DNA of 64,000 nucleotides from Oscillospiraceae bacterium (lineage in GTDB: Bacteria > Bacillota > Clostridia > Oscillospirales > Ruminococcaceae): positions 3,655-67,654 of the forward strand of contig JAFUAD010000039.1 of assembly GCA_017460835.1 (NCBI GenBank), written 5' to 3'. Below the pieces are notes generated by a model that searched no databases, was not told the origin of the DNA, and worked only from the letters and a program-made list of their open reading frames with translations. A program made the translations under genes and the position numbers. This document shows, piece by piece, positions 19,407 through 28,804 of the stretch (position 1 is its first letter; the number at the start of each line of letters is the position of its first letter).

Positions 19407-20582
19407 ATGAAACGCTTTTTTACATCGGAATCCGTAGCAGAGGGGCATCCGGACAAGATCTGCGACCAGATCTCCGACGCGGTGCTGGACGCAATTCTTG
19501 AGCAGGATCCCAGCGGCAGAGTTGCCTGTGAGACCTGTACGACGACCGGCATGGTGCTGATCATGGGCGAAATCTCCACGACGGCAGATGTGGACATTCC
19601 TGCGATTGCCCGCAAGGTGATCGTGGATATCGGCTATGACCGCGCAAAATACGGCTTTGACGGCCACACCTGCGCGATTCTGACCTCGATCGACCAGCAG
19701 TCCGGCGATATCGCACAGGGCGTCGATGCTGCGGCGGATTATGCGGAGGATGCGGCTGCCGAGCAGCTCGGTGCCGGCGATCAGGGCATGATGTTTGGGT
19801 ATGCCTGCAATGAAACGCCGGAAAAAATGCCGCTGCCGATCTCGCTGGCACACAAGCTCGCGCTGCGCCTGACTGCGGTTCGCAAGGACGGCACGCTGCA
19901 TTACCTCAGACCGGACGGCAAAACACAGGTCACGGTCGAGTATGAGAATGACAAGCCCGTCAGAGTGGACACGATCGTCATTTCGACACAGCACGCGGCA
20001 TCGGTTGACCCCGAGCAGATCCGGGAGGATCTGGTCGATCTGGTCATCAGACCGACGGTTCCGGCTGAGCTGCTCGATCAGAATACGAAAATCTTTATCA
20101 ATCCGACCGGGCGCTTTGTCATCGGCGGCCCGCAGGGTGACAGCGGCCTGACCGGCAGAAAGATCATCGTCGATACCTACGGCGGCTATTCCCGTCACGG
20201 CGGCGGCGCCTTCTCCGGAAAGGACCCCTCGAAGGTTGACCGCTCCGCGGCCTATATGGCGCGCTATATTGCGAAGAATATTGTCGCGGCTGAGCTCGCC
20301 GACCGCTGCGAGGTGCAGCTTGCCTACGCAATCGGCGTTGCCGAGCCGGTCTCCGTGTTCGTCGAGACCTTCGGCACCGGAAAGGTTGACGAGGAAATTC
20401 TCGCAAATGCCGTCAGAACGTGCTTTGATCTGCGCCCGCTCGGCATCATCGAGACGCTGGAGCTCAGAAAGCCGCAGTATTCCAAGCTCGCGGCCTACGG
20501 CCACATGGGCAGAGAGGACTTGCAGACTGCATGGGAGCGCACCGACCGTGCGGATGCACTCCGCGCTGCGGTACAGATTTAA
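19407..20582 (+). CDS. metK: S-adenosylmethionine synthetase, 391 aa
   Basis: [32 protein letters not shown] and [19 protein letters not shown] are MetK signatures. GGAGG RBS lies before ATG 19407. Confidence 0.95.
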   Translation: MKRFFTSESVAEGHPDKICDQISDAVLDAILEQDPSGRVACETCTTTGMVLIMGEISTTADVDIPAIARKVIVDIGYDRAKYGFDGHTCAILTSIDQQSGDIAQGVDAAADYAEDAAAEQLGAGDQGMMFGYACNETPEKMPLPISLAHKLALRLTAVRKDGTLHYLRPDGKTQVTVEYENDKPVRVDTIVISTQHAASVDPEQIREDLVDLVIRPTVPAELLDQNTKIFINPTGRFVIGGPQGDSGLTGRKIIVDTYGGYSRHGGGAFSGKDPSKVDRSAAYMARYIAKNIVAAELADRCEVQLAYAIGVAEPVSVFVETFGTGKVDEEILANAVRTCFDLRPLGIIETLELRKPQYSKLAAYGHMGREDLQTAWERTDRADALRAAVQI

Positions 20583-20589
20583 CAGTGTT

Positions 20590-20628
20590 GCCCCGGTACA
20601 CCTTTGAAGGCGTACCGGGGCTTTGCTG
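20590..20628 (+). terminator. Hairpin terminator after metK
   Basis: GCCCCGGTAC-n12-GTACCGGGGC stem followed by a weak TTTGCTG tail. Confidence 0.55.
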
Positions 20629-20703
20629 TAGGGCTGAGGCATTCTTTGTGCAGATTACCAATTTATCCTTCGATTCTGCGGGCATTTTCGCTGATATGCC
20701 GAC

Positions 20704-20732
20704 TTGCAATTTTTGTCGAATTCCGATATAAT
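20704..20732 (+). promoter_or_regulatory. Sigma-A-type promoter upstream of xpt
   Basis: TTGCAA - 17 nt - TATAAT. Confidence 0.55.
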
Positions 20733-20822
20733 AAAGATAAGATATCTCCGGAATTCAGACCTTTGAGCAATGCCTTCAACTGTCTGATTTTTTATTTTCC
20801 GGACGCAAAAGGAGTGCGCTTT

Positions 20823-21407
20823 ATGAAGGCTCTGGAAGACAGAATCCGCGAGGAGGGCAAGATCCTGCCCGGTCCGGTTCTGAAGGTCTCCTCCTTTCTG
20901 AATCACCAGATGGATGCGGATTTCATCATGCAGCTCGGTGCTGCGATTGCGGAGCAGTACAAAGGCTTTCGCGTGACGAAGATTCTGACGATCGAATCCT
21001 CCGGCATCGCCATTGCGGTTGCGGCAGGCGCGGCGCTGCATGTGCCGGTGCTCTTTGCGAAGAAGCACCTGACCAGCAATGTTTCCGGCGACCTCTATCA
21101 GACCGTCGTGCATTCCTATACGCACGGAACCGATTATACGGTCGTGGTTGAGCGGGAGTATCTCAAAGCCGATGACAAGGTGCTGATCGTCGATGATTTC
21201 CTCGCGAACGGCAAGGCGATCGAGGGGCTGCTCGATCTGATCCGTCAGGCGGGCGCAGAGGCAGCCGGCGCCGGCATCGCGATCGAAAAGGGCTTTCAGG
21301 AGGGCGGACAGAAGCTCAGAGAGAGCGGGCTGCCCGTGTATTCCCTTGCGATCGTTGACCGCATGGACGAAAACGGAATCGTATTCCGCGGCGAAAACAG
21401 CTTGTAA
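20823..21407 (+). CDS. xpt: Xanthine phosphoribosyltransferase, 194 aa
   Basis: MKALEDRIREEGKILPG..LKVSSFLNHQMD and the PRPP-binding VLIVDDFLANGKA are Xpt-typical. AAAGGAG RBS is present. Confidence 0.9.
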   Translation: MKALEDRIREEGKILPGPVLKVSSFLNHQMDADFIMQLGAAIAEQYKGFRVTKILTIESSGIAIAVAAGAALHVPVLFAKKHLTSNVSGDLYQTVVHSYTHGTDYTVVVEREYLKADDKVLIVDDFLANGKAIEGLLDLIRQAGAEAAGAGIAIEKGFQEGGQKLRESGLPVYSLAIVDRMDENGIVFRGENSL

Positions 21408-21461
21408 TATGCAGCATTCCGCTGTGTATACAACATACTTGGAATGGAAAAGGAGTTTGCT

Positions 21462-22688
21462 ATGAAAAGAAAGTTTTTCCGGATGACCGCACTGGCACTG
21501 ACAGGTGCAATGGGACTCGGCTTTTCTGCATGCGGCGGGGACAGCGGTGCAGGCAAGGACGGGCTCAGCAAGGACAACATCAAGATCGGTCTGATCTGTC
21601 TGCATGACGACAACTCGACCTACGATGCAAACTTCATCAAGGCAATGGATGAAGCGAAGAAGAACCTCGGGCTGAAGGACAGCCAGGTGATCGTCAAGAC
21701 GAATGTGCCGGAGACCAGCGAGTGCAAGGAGGCTGCCGTCGATCTTGCCGATCAGGGCTGCAACATCATCTTTGCCGATTCGTTCGGCCATGAGTCCTAT
21801 ATGCTGGAGGCTGCCGAGCAGTTCCCGGATGTGCAGTTCTGTCACGCGACCGGAACCCTTGCACACACCGAGAAAAAGTCGAACTTCCACGATGCATTTG
21901 CTTCGATCTATCAGGGACGCTACCTCGCCGGCATCGCAGCCGGACTGAAGCTCAATGAGATGATCGACGCCGGTACGATCACTGCGGACAAGGCACAGAT
22001 GGGCTATGTCGGCGCATTTACCTATGCAGAGGTGATCTCCGGTTATACCTCGTTCTATCTCGGCGCAAAGTCCGTATGCCCGAGCGTGACGATGCAGGTG
22101 CAGTTCACCGGCTCGTGGTACGATGAAACCGCTGAAAAGGAAGCCGCTACCACGCTCATTAACAAGGGCTGCGTCCTGATCTCCCAGCACGCGGACTCGA
22201 TGGGCGCACCGACTGCCTGCGAGAATGCGAATGTTCCGAACATCTCCTATAACGGCTCCACGAAGGATGCCTGCCCGAATACCTTTATCGTTTCCTCCAG
22301 AATCAACTGGGCACCGTACTATGAGTACGCCGTGAACTGCGTGCTGGAGGGCAAGGATATCGGCTATGACTGGACCGGCGACCTCTCGACCGGCTCTGTT
22401 GTGCTGACGGAGGTCAATGAGCAGGCTGCTGCACCCGGTACACAGGAGGCGATCAACGAGGCAATGGAGAAGCTGAAGAACGGCTCTGTCCATGTGTTTG
22501 ATACCGCAAACTTCACCATCGCCGGTGCTCAGCTCACCACCTATATGGCGGATGTTGATACCGATGCAAACTATGAGGGCGATACCGAGGCAATCAAGGA
22601 CGGCTATTTCCATGAGTCCGAATCCCGTTCCGCACCGTATTTTGATCTGCGGATCGACGGCATCACACTGTTGAATGACATGTATTGA
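21462..22688 (+). CDS. BMP-family (PnrA/NupN-like) ABC transporter substrate-binding lipoprotein, 408 aa
   Basis: Lipobox LGFSAC after a signal peptide, and BMP-family sequence throughout. First gene of a 4-gene ABC operon. Confidence 0.88.
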   Translation: MKRKFFRMTALALTGAMGLGFSACGGDSGAGKDGLSKDNIKIGLICLHDDNSTYDANFIKAMDEAKKNLGLKDSQVIVKTNVPETSECKEAAVDLADQGCNIIFADSFGHESYMLEAAEQFPDVQFCHATGTLAHTEKKSNFHDAFASIYQGRYLAGIAAGLKLNEMIDAGTITADKAQMGYVGAFTYAEVISGYTSFYLGAKSVCPSVTMQVQFTGSWYDETAEKEAATTLINKGCVLISQHADSMGAPTACENANVPNISYNGSTKDACPNTFIVSSRINWAPYYEYAVNCVLEGKDIGYDWTGDLSTGSVVLTEVNEQAAAPGTQEAINEAMEKLKNGSVHVFDTANFTIAGAQLTTYMADVDTDANYEGDTEAIKDGYFHESESRSAPYFDLRIDGITLLNDMY

Positions 22689-22754
22689 TCGAATTCAGGC
22701 GGGGCACAAACGACTGCGCCCCGCCTGCTTCATTATAAGCAGAGGAGGACGGGT

Positions 22755-24344
22755 ATGAGCGAACCCACAGTTACGGAAAAACCGGAGAAGCCGGAGATTC
22801 CTGCCATCCGGCTGGAGCATATTACCAAGCGGTTCGGAGAGGTCGTTGCAAATGATGACGTGAATCTGACAGTGTATCACGGGCAGATTCTCTCGATTCT
22901 CGGCGAAAACGGCAGCGGAAAAACCACGCTGATGAACATGATCTCCGGCATTTATTTCCCCGATCACGGAAAAATCTATGTGGACGGGCAGGAGGTTGTC
23001 ATCCGTTCTCCGAAGGATGCGTTTCAGTGCAAAATCGGCATGATTCACCAGCATTTCAAGCTGGTTGATATCTTCACGGCGACGGAAAATATCGTGCTCG
23101 GCCTGAATGAAAAGGGGCGCTTCAGCCTCAGGCGCGCTGCCGAGCGTGTCCGCGAGATCAGTGCGAAATACGGCTTCGAGCTCGACCCGAACAAGAAAAT
23201 CTATGAGATGTCGGTCTCGGAGAAGCAGACCGTCGAGATCATCAAGGTGCTCTACCGCGGCGCCGATATTCTGATTCTCGACGAGCCGACCGCGGTTCTG
23301 ACGCCGCAGGAGACGCAGAAGCTCTTCGCCGTTCTGCGGAATATGCGGGACAGCGGCAAGGCCATCATCATCATCACGCACAAGCTGCATGAGGTGCTCT
23401 CGCTGTCCGATCAGGTCACGGTTCTGTGCAAGGGCAAAAACGCCGGTACCGTGCAGACTGCGGAAACCAATGAGGAACAGCTCACTGAGATGATGGTCGG
23501 GCGCAAGGTGACACTGAACATCGACCGCTCTGAGCCGGTGAATCCGGTTGACCGGCTGATGGTTCAGGGGATTTCCTGTAAAAACCGTGAGGGAACGGAG
23601 CTGCTGCATGATATCAGCTTTACGGCGCGCTCCGGTGAGATTCTCGGCATTGCCGGCATCGCCGGAAGCGGGCAGCGCGAGCTGCTGGAGGCAATCGCCG
23701 GCTTGCAGCATGTAGACGGCCAAATCCTCTATCACAATCCCAAAACCGATCAGATCGACGATCTGCGCGACAAAACGCCGGTGCAGATTCGCGAGCTGGG
23801 CGTGCGGCTGTCGTTTGTGCCGGAGGATCGCCTTGGCATGGGGCTTGTCGGCAATATGGATATTGTGGACAATGTGATGCTGCGGAGCTACCGGAAGGGC
23901 AAATCCATTTTTCTGGAGCGCAAGGCGCCGAAATCGCTCGCGGAAAAGATCATCCGCGATCTGGAGGTCGTGACGCCGAGCGCTGCGACGCCGGTGCGCA
24001 GGCTCTCCGGCGGCAATGTGCAGAAGGTGCTGGTCGGGCGTGAGATTGCTGCGAGCCCGACTGTGCTGATGGCGGCGTATCCGGTCCGCGGGCTGGATAT
24101 CAATGCCTCGTTTACGATCTATCATTTGCTGAATGAGCAGAAGGAGCACGGAACCGCCGTGATCTTCGTCGGCGAGGATCTGGATGTGCTGCTCGAGCTG
24201 AGCGACCGGATCATGGTCATCAGCTCCGGCCGCATCGCGGGCATCGTCGATGCGAGAACCGCGACAAAGGAGCAGATCGGTCTGATGATGACAAAGAATA
24301 CCAAAGTGCAGACACAGGAGGGAGGTGCCGCGGATGCCGGCTGA
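22755..24344 (+). CDS. ABC transporter ATP-binding protein with duplicated ATPase domains, 529 aa
   Basis: Walker A GENGSGKTT, signature SVSEKQ / LSGGNVQK, Walker B ILILDEP. The second domain is degenerate, as in sugar/nucleoside CUT2-type importers. Confidence 0.9.
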   Translation: MSEPTVTEKPEKPEIPAIRLEHITKRFGEVVANDDVNLTVYHGQILSILGENGSGKTTLMNMISGIYFPDHGKIYVDGQEVVIRSPKDAFQCKIGMIHQHFKLVDIFTATENIVLGLNEKGRFSLRRAAERVREISAKYGFELDPNKKIYEMSVSEKQTVEIIKVLYRGADILILDEPTAVLTPQETQKLFAVLRNMRDSGKAIIIITHKLHEVLSLSDQVTVLCKGKNAGTVQTAETNEEQLTEMMVGRKVTLNIDRSEPVNPVDRLMVQGISCKNREGTELLHDISFTARSGEILGIAGIAGSGQRELLEAIAGLQHVDGQILYHNPKTDQIDDLRDKTPVQIRELGVRLSFVPEDRLGMGLVGNMDIVDNVMLRSYRKGKSIFLERKAPKSLAEKIIRDLEVVTPSAATPVRRLSGGNVQKVLVGREIAASPTVLMAAYPVRGLDINASFTIYHLLNEQKEHGTAVIFVGEDLDVLLELSDRIMVISSGRIAGIVDARTATKEQIGLMMTKNTKVQTQEGGAADAG

Positions 24345-25452
24345 TGCAAAGCAGGCGCGAACTGCAAAGGAACCGCTGTTTCATATCGCAAAGCGCGACC
24401 ATATCGCGTGGTGGAAGGCATGGCTCATCCGCGTCTCTGCGATTGTGCTCGCACTCGTTTTCAGCGGGATTATCTCGTATCTGCTGACAAAAGAGAATCC
24501 GCTCAGCATTTATGCGACGATGTTTGACGGCGCATTCGGCACCGAGCGCCGCATCTGGAATCTGAGCCAGAGCCTTGCGATGCTGCTCTGCGTGTCCGTT
24601 GCGGTTACGCCCGCATTCAAAATGCGCTTCTGGAATATCGGCGCTGAGGGGCAGGTTCTGGTCGGCGGACTGGCAACGGCCGCCTGCATGATTCTGATTG
24701 GTGATAAGCTGCCTTCATGGCTGCTGCTGCTTGTAATGGTGATCGCGAGCATTGCAGCGGGCGCACTCTGGGCAGTGATCCCGGCATTTTTCCGTGCAAA
24801 CTGGCAGACCAATGAAACGCTGTTCACGCTGATGATGAACTATATCGCGATTCAGCTCGTTTCGTTTTTCGTATACAAATGGTCAGTGCCGAAGGGCTCG
24901 GGGCAGGTCGGGCTCATCAACCGCTCGACGAAGGTCGGCTGGCTGCCGAAAATCGGCGATCAGGAATATCTGCTGAACATCCTGATTGTCCTCGCCATTA
25001 CGCTGATTATGTTCATTTACCTGAAATATTCCAAGCACGGCTATGAGATTTCGGTTGTCGGCGAGAGCGAAAACACGGCACGGTATATCGGCATCCCGGT
25101 GAAAAAGGTTATCATCCGCACGATGCTGATTTCCGGCGCAGTCTGCGGCATTGCCGGCTTCCTGCTGGTCTCCGGAACCGATCACACGATCTCCCGCGAT
25201 ACGGCCGGCGGCAGGGGATTCACCGCGATTATGGTGTCATGGCTTGCAAAATTCAACCCGATCTTCATGGTTCTGACCTCGTTCCTGCTGGTATTTCTCG
25301 ATAAGGGCGCCTCGCAGGTCTCAACCAAATTCGGCCTGAACAAATCCTTTTCGGATATCATCACGGGCATAATCATCTTCTTTATCATCGGATGCGAATT
25401 CTTTATTCAGTATCGGGTGCAGTTCCGTGAAAAGGAGGGCAAAACGAAATGA
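24334..25452 (+). CDS. ABC transporter permease, 372 aa
   Basis: Polytopic membrane protein. ATG 24334 lies behind AGGAGGGAGG and overlaps the ATPase stop. Confidence 0.85.
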   Translation: MPADAKQARTAKEPLFHIAKRDHIAWWKAWLIRVSAIVLALVFSGIISYLLTKENPLSIYATMFDGAFGTERRIWNLSQSLAMLLCVSVAVTPAFKMRFWNIGAEGQVLVGGLATAACMILIGDKLPSWLLLLVMVIASIAAGALWAVIPAFFRANWQTNETLFTLMMNYIAIQLVSFFVYKWSVPKGSGQVGLINRSTKVGWLPKIGDQEYLLNILIVLAITLIMFIYLKYSKHGYEISVVGESENTARYIGIPVKKVIIRTMLISGAVCGIAGFLLVSGTDHTISRDTAGGRGFTAIMVSWLAKFNPIFMVLTSFLLVFLDKGASQVSTKFGLNKSFSDIITGIIIFFIIGCEFFIQYRVQFREKEGKTK

Positions 25453-26429
25453 TGCTTGTCAGCTTTTTGCAGCGCGCGATCATGCAGGGCATTCCGCTGC
25501 TGTACGGCTCGACCGGTGAGATCGTGACCGAAAAATCCGGCAATCTGAACCTCGGCATTCCCGGTATCATGTATGTCGGCGGAATCGGCGGTGTCATCGG
25601 CGCATTTCTCTACGAGCAGCATACGGATTCGCTGAATCCGGTGCTTGCGGTACTGATTCCGCTCTTTTGCTCGATGCTCGGCTCGTTCCTCATGGGACTG
25701 ATTTACAGCTTCCTGACCGTAACGCTGCGGGCGAATCAGAATGTGACGGGACTTGCGCTGACGACCTTCGGCGTCGGCATCGGCAATTTCTTCGGCGGCT
25801 CCCTCGCAAAGCTCGCCGGCAGCGACATCCCCTCGATCAATCTGACCAAAACGAGCAAATACTTCCGGACGAGCTTTTCCGGCGCGAAGGATCTCGGCTG
25901 GTTCGGTCAGATTTTCCTCTCGCACAGCTTTCTTGCCTATGCGGCGATTCTGATTGCGATTATCACATCGTTTGTGCTGTCGCATACCAGAGTCGGCCTT
26001 CAGCTCCGCGCAGTCGGTGAGAATCCGGCAACGGCGGATGCAGCGGGCATCCGCGTCGGCAGGTACAAGTATTTCGCAACCTGCATCGGCAGCGTGATCG
26101 CAGGTCTCGGCGGGCTGTACTATGTCATGGACTATGCGAACGGCGTCTGGTCAAACGACGGCTTCGGCGACCGCGGCTGGCTCGCGATTGCACTCGTCAT
26201 CTTCGCAGTCTGGCGGCCGAATATCAGCATTTTCGGCTCGATTCTGTTCGGCGGACTGTATATCGTACACATGTATATTCAGAATCTCGATGTTTCCGGG
26301 CAGGAGCTTTTCAAGATGCTGCCCTATGTCGTGACGATTCTGTTCCTCATTGTCATCAGCATGCGCAGAAAAAAGGAAGCACAGCCGCCCGCACATCTCG
26401 GACTGCCGTACTTCCGCGAAGAACGGTAA
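25449..26429 (+). CDS. ABC transporter permease, 326 aa
   Basis: Polytopic membrane protein. ATGA start/stop overlap with the preceding permease gene. Confidence 0.85.
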   Translation: MMLVSFLQRAIMQGIPLLYGSTGEIVTEKSGNLNLGIPGIMYVGGIGGVIGAFLYEQHTDSLNPVLAVLIPLFCSMLGSFLMGLIYSFLTVTLRANQNVTGLALTTFGVGIGNFFGGSLAKLAGSDIPSINLTKTSKYFRTSFSGAKDLGWFGQIFLSHSFLAYAAILIAIITSFVLSHTRVGLQLRAVGENPATADAAGIRVGRYKYFATCIGSVIAGLGGLYYVMDYANGVWSNDGFGDRGWLAIALVIFAVWRPNISIFGSILFGGLYIVHMYIQNLDVSGQELFKMLPYVVTILFLIVISMRRKKEAQPPAHLGLPYFREER

Positions 26430-26468
26430 CAAGGCCGGCCGGTTCCGATTCGGAGCCGGCCTTGCTGC

Positions 26469-26576
26469 TTATTGCTCATCGAAATAGGAATCCGCTTCGC
26501 CTGCGACCCTTGCAAAGCACATGAAAGCAACGCCGATCACGCCGCCGGTCATGCATCCGACAATAAATCCGATCAT
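26469..26576 (-). CDS. Candidate 35-aa single-TM micro-protein (not in the ORF track)
   Basis: The reverse strand reads GGGAGGA-n7-ATG and encodes MIGFIVGCMTGGVIGVAFMCFARVAGEADSYFDEQ*. It starts 28 nt downstream of the spoVAE stop and is followed by a hairpin at 26432-26465. Confidence 0.35.
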   Translation of the reverse strand: MIGFIVGCMTGGVIGVAFMCFARVAGEADSYFDEQ

Positions 26577-26604
26577 CCAAAATCCTCCCTTTCCGCTGAA
26601 ATGA

Positions 26605-26958
26605 TTATTTCTCCTTCGGCCGGAACATCACGGATGCCAGCAGCCCGAACAGCATAGCCGCCGTGATGCCGCCCGCGGCAGAGGTCAGTCCGCCGGTCAG
26701 GATGCCGAGCGCACCGTGCTCTGCGATATCCTTCCGGATGCCCTGTGCCAGCAGATTGCCAAAGCCCGACAGCGGTACGCTCGCGCCCGCGCCGGCAAGC
26801 TCGACCAGCGCCGGATAAATGCCGAGCGCACCGAGGATCACACCGGAAACCACATACCCGACCAGAATCCGTGCCGGGGTCAGCTTGGTGTAATCCAGAA
26901 TCAACTGACCGATCATGCAAAGCAGCCCGCCGATCAGAAATGCCCAGAGATACGTCAT
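26605..26958 (-). CDS. spoVAE: Stage V sporulation protein AE (SpoVAEB-type), 117 aa
   Basis: MTYLWAFLIGGLLCMIGQLILD...VPLSGFGNLLAQG...GILTGGLTSAAGGITAAMLFG is typical SpoVAE(B). Start at ATG 26958 overlaps the spoVAD stop (ATGA). Confidence 0.85.
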   Translation of the reverse strand: MTYLWAFLIGGLLCMIGQLILDYTKLTPARILVGYVVSGVILGALGIYPALVELAGAGASVPLSGFGNLLAQGIRKDIAEHGALGILTGGLTSAAGGITAAMLFGLLASVMFRPKEK

Positions 26959-27539
26959 ATTTCCCGCTCCCTTCCGAAAGTATGCGACAGATGCACGACA
27001 TGACAGATGCCCGGAATGCTCTCGCCCTGCTGACAGAGCATCGGGGAGAGCAGCGCGCCCGTCGCCGCATAGAGCACATTCTGATATTCCCCGCTTTGCA
27101 GCCGCGGCAGGAAGTATCCGCAGATGATGCTGGCAGAGCATCCGCAGCCGGAGCCGCCCGCATGTGTATCCTGCGCTTTGTTGTCAAACATCATGATGCC
27201 GCAGTCGCGGTGAACCGGGCGCAGATCGTAGCCGTTGTGCTCCATGAGCTGCATCAGCAGGCGGCTCCCGACAATGCCGAGATCGCCGGTCACGATCGCA
27301 TCGTAGTCAGCGGGTCTGGTGCGGGTCGCCGAGAGGTACCGCGCAATGGTATCCGCAGCTGCGGGCGCCATAGCCGCGCCCATGTTTCCCGCGTCGGTGA
27401 TCCCGGCATCGCGCACTCTCCCTGCACAGACCCCGCGGATATAGGGCGGCTGATCGCATGGCGTCAGCATGGCCGCGCCCGCTGCGGTGCAGGTCCACTG
27501 CGCATTCGGGGTGTCTCGATACCCTCGATTTGATGTCAA
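26955..27539 (-). pseudogene. spoVAD: spoVAD, 5'-truncated (only about the C-terminal 55-60 percent is present)
   Basis: PNAQWTCTAAGAAML...GITDAGNMGAAMAPAAADTI...VTGDLG...DTHAGGSGCGCSA...ATGALLSP match the C-terminal half of SpoVAD (about 338 aa in B. subtilis, from memory). The N-terminal half and spoVAC are absent. Similarity stops near 27.51-27.54 kb. Confidence 0.8.
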
Positions 27540-27633
27540 GGGGCACGATTTTTCGGTTTATATGTTCTCGGAAAAAGGTCAACGGCGTTTCTGCGTTCTT
27601 GGAAATAGGTCGGATACCGATTCGGTAGATTCC

Positions 27634-27670
27634 AAAGTGCAAAATTTGCACTTTGAATTTGCACTTTGAG
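27634..27670. repeat. Palindrome plus tandem repeat at the island junction
   Basis: AAAGTGCAAA-a-TTTGCACTTT palindrome (27634-27654) overlapping a tandem ATTTGCACTTTGA x2 (27644-27669). Confidence 0.6.
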
Positions 27671-27723
27671 ATTGTCACACGCTGCTGACTATAGTATAGC
27701 ATCTGTGCCTCGGTCTGCACTCG

Positions 27724-28719
27724 ATGTGCAAGGGCGCGGAGTTGCAGTATTTCAACGGGCACACCAATATCCGCGGTGCACAGCAGATGGGATACGAAAC
27801 GATTGACGCATGGCGCAGCCTTGTTCGCAGACAGATTCCAAACATCGCAAAGCAGATGAAAATTGACATGAACAATCTGCGCTGGTATGCGGCGTTTCAT
27901 GATAAAGAAACGAATCCACATGTACATATCGTGGTGTACTCTGCTGATCCGAAGGAGGGCTTCTTGACTGAGCGCGGGATTGAGAAAATCCGCAGCGGCT
28001 TTGCGAATGATGTGTACGCAGACGAGCTGCACCATCTCTACGAACAGCAGACCGATGTACGTGATCTTCTCAAACAAAGCACCACCGAACAAATGCGGGA
28101 GCTGGTGAAACACATTTCCGAATCCGGTTACGGTGATGACGAACTGAACGCATTGCTCATGAAACTAAAGCAGCAGCTTGCAAATGCAAAGGGCAAAAAG
28201 GTGTATGGCTATCTGAAACAGGACACGAAGCGCACAGTCGATGCAATTTTTGCGTTGCTTGCAAATCCGGATATCCGGAAAATGTATGCGCTTTGGTGTG
28301 AGATGGAACAGCGCAAGCACGATGTGTATTCGTCCGCAAAGGTGACATTCCCTCCGATCACGGAGAACCCGCAGTTTCGGTCGGTGAAGAATATGATCGT
28401 GCGTGCGGTCAATGAAATGCAAATTGCGTCGCCGCTTGATTCGGAGGAATTGCAGCCGCATGATTTTGTCTGGGACGACAATGCGGAAATGGTTTGCGAG
28501 GAGGTACCGGAACGTGCTGCATCGCAGTCCGGGCAAATTCCGGATGGCGAAATGGCAGCGACGATGCTTGGTCTTTTTGCGAGTCTCAGCCGCGTGATTG
28601 CGGATGACTATACGCATCAGGAACGGCAGTTTCGTTCCCGCATTGATCGTAAGCTGCGGAGGATGATTCGGAGGCAGAAGGAGGCGATTGGACTGAAACA
28701 GGAAGATCATCGGTATTGA
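27724..28719 (+). pseudogene. 5'-truncated MobL/MOB-type relaxase remnant
   Basis: NLRWYAAFHDKETNPHVHIVVYS is the relaxase HxDxxx(N)PHxH histidine-triad motif. The roughly 100-130 aa that normally precede it, including the catalytic Tyr region, are missing. No relaxase-like sequence is found in any frame upstream. Confidence 0.7.
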
Positions 28720-28804
28720 GTCTTCAACGTATGAATGCCGCTTGAGTATCATTCATAGCGGCTCCGTGTGATTGATCTATATTCATACATTTTTAGATCT
28801 CGAA

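Noticed and set aside
20733-20822. Expected guanine/purine riboswitch upstream of xpt
   Set aside because: I compared the leader by eye with the xpt aptamer core and found no matching junction sequences. It is therefore reported only as an unexplained leader hairpin.
19371-24149. Minus-strand ORFs of 423, 652 and 484 aa across metK, xpt and the ABC transporter genes
   Set aside because: These are GC-driven open frames opposite strongly supported genes. No motifs are present and they span several + strand genes and intergenic terminators.
26573-27539. Alternative ORFs over the spoVA genes (26573-27187 minus, 26745-27533 plus) and the long 178-aa version of the spoVAE ORF
   Set aside because: The spoVAE similarity starts at MTYLWAF (ATG 26958, ATGA-coupled to spoVAD). 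The other frames are Arg/Ala-rich shadows.
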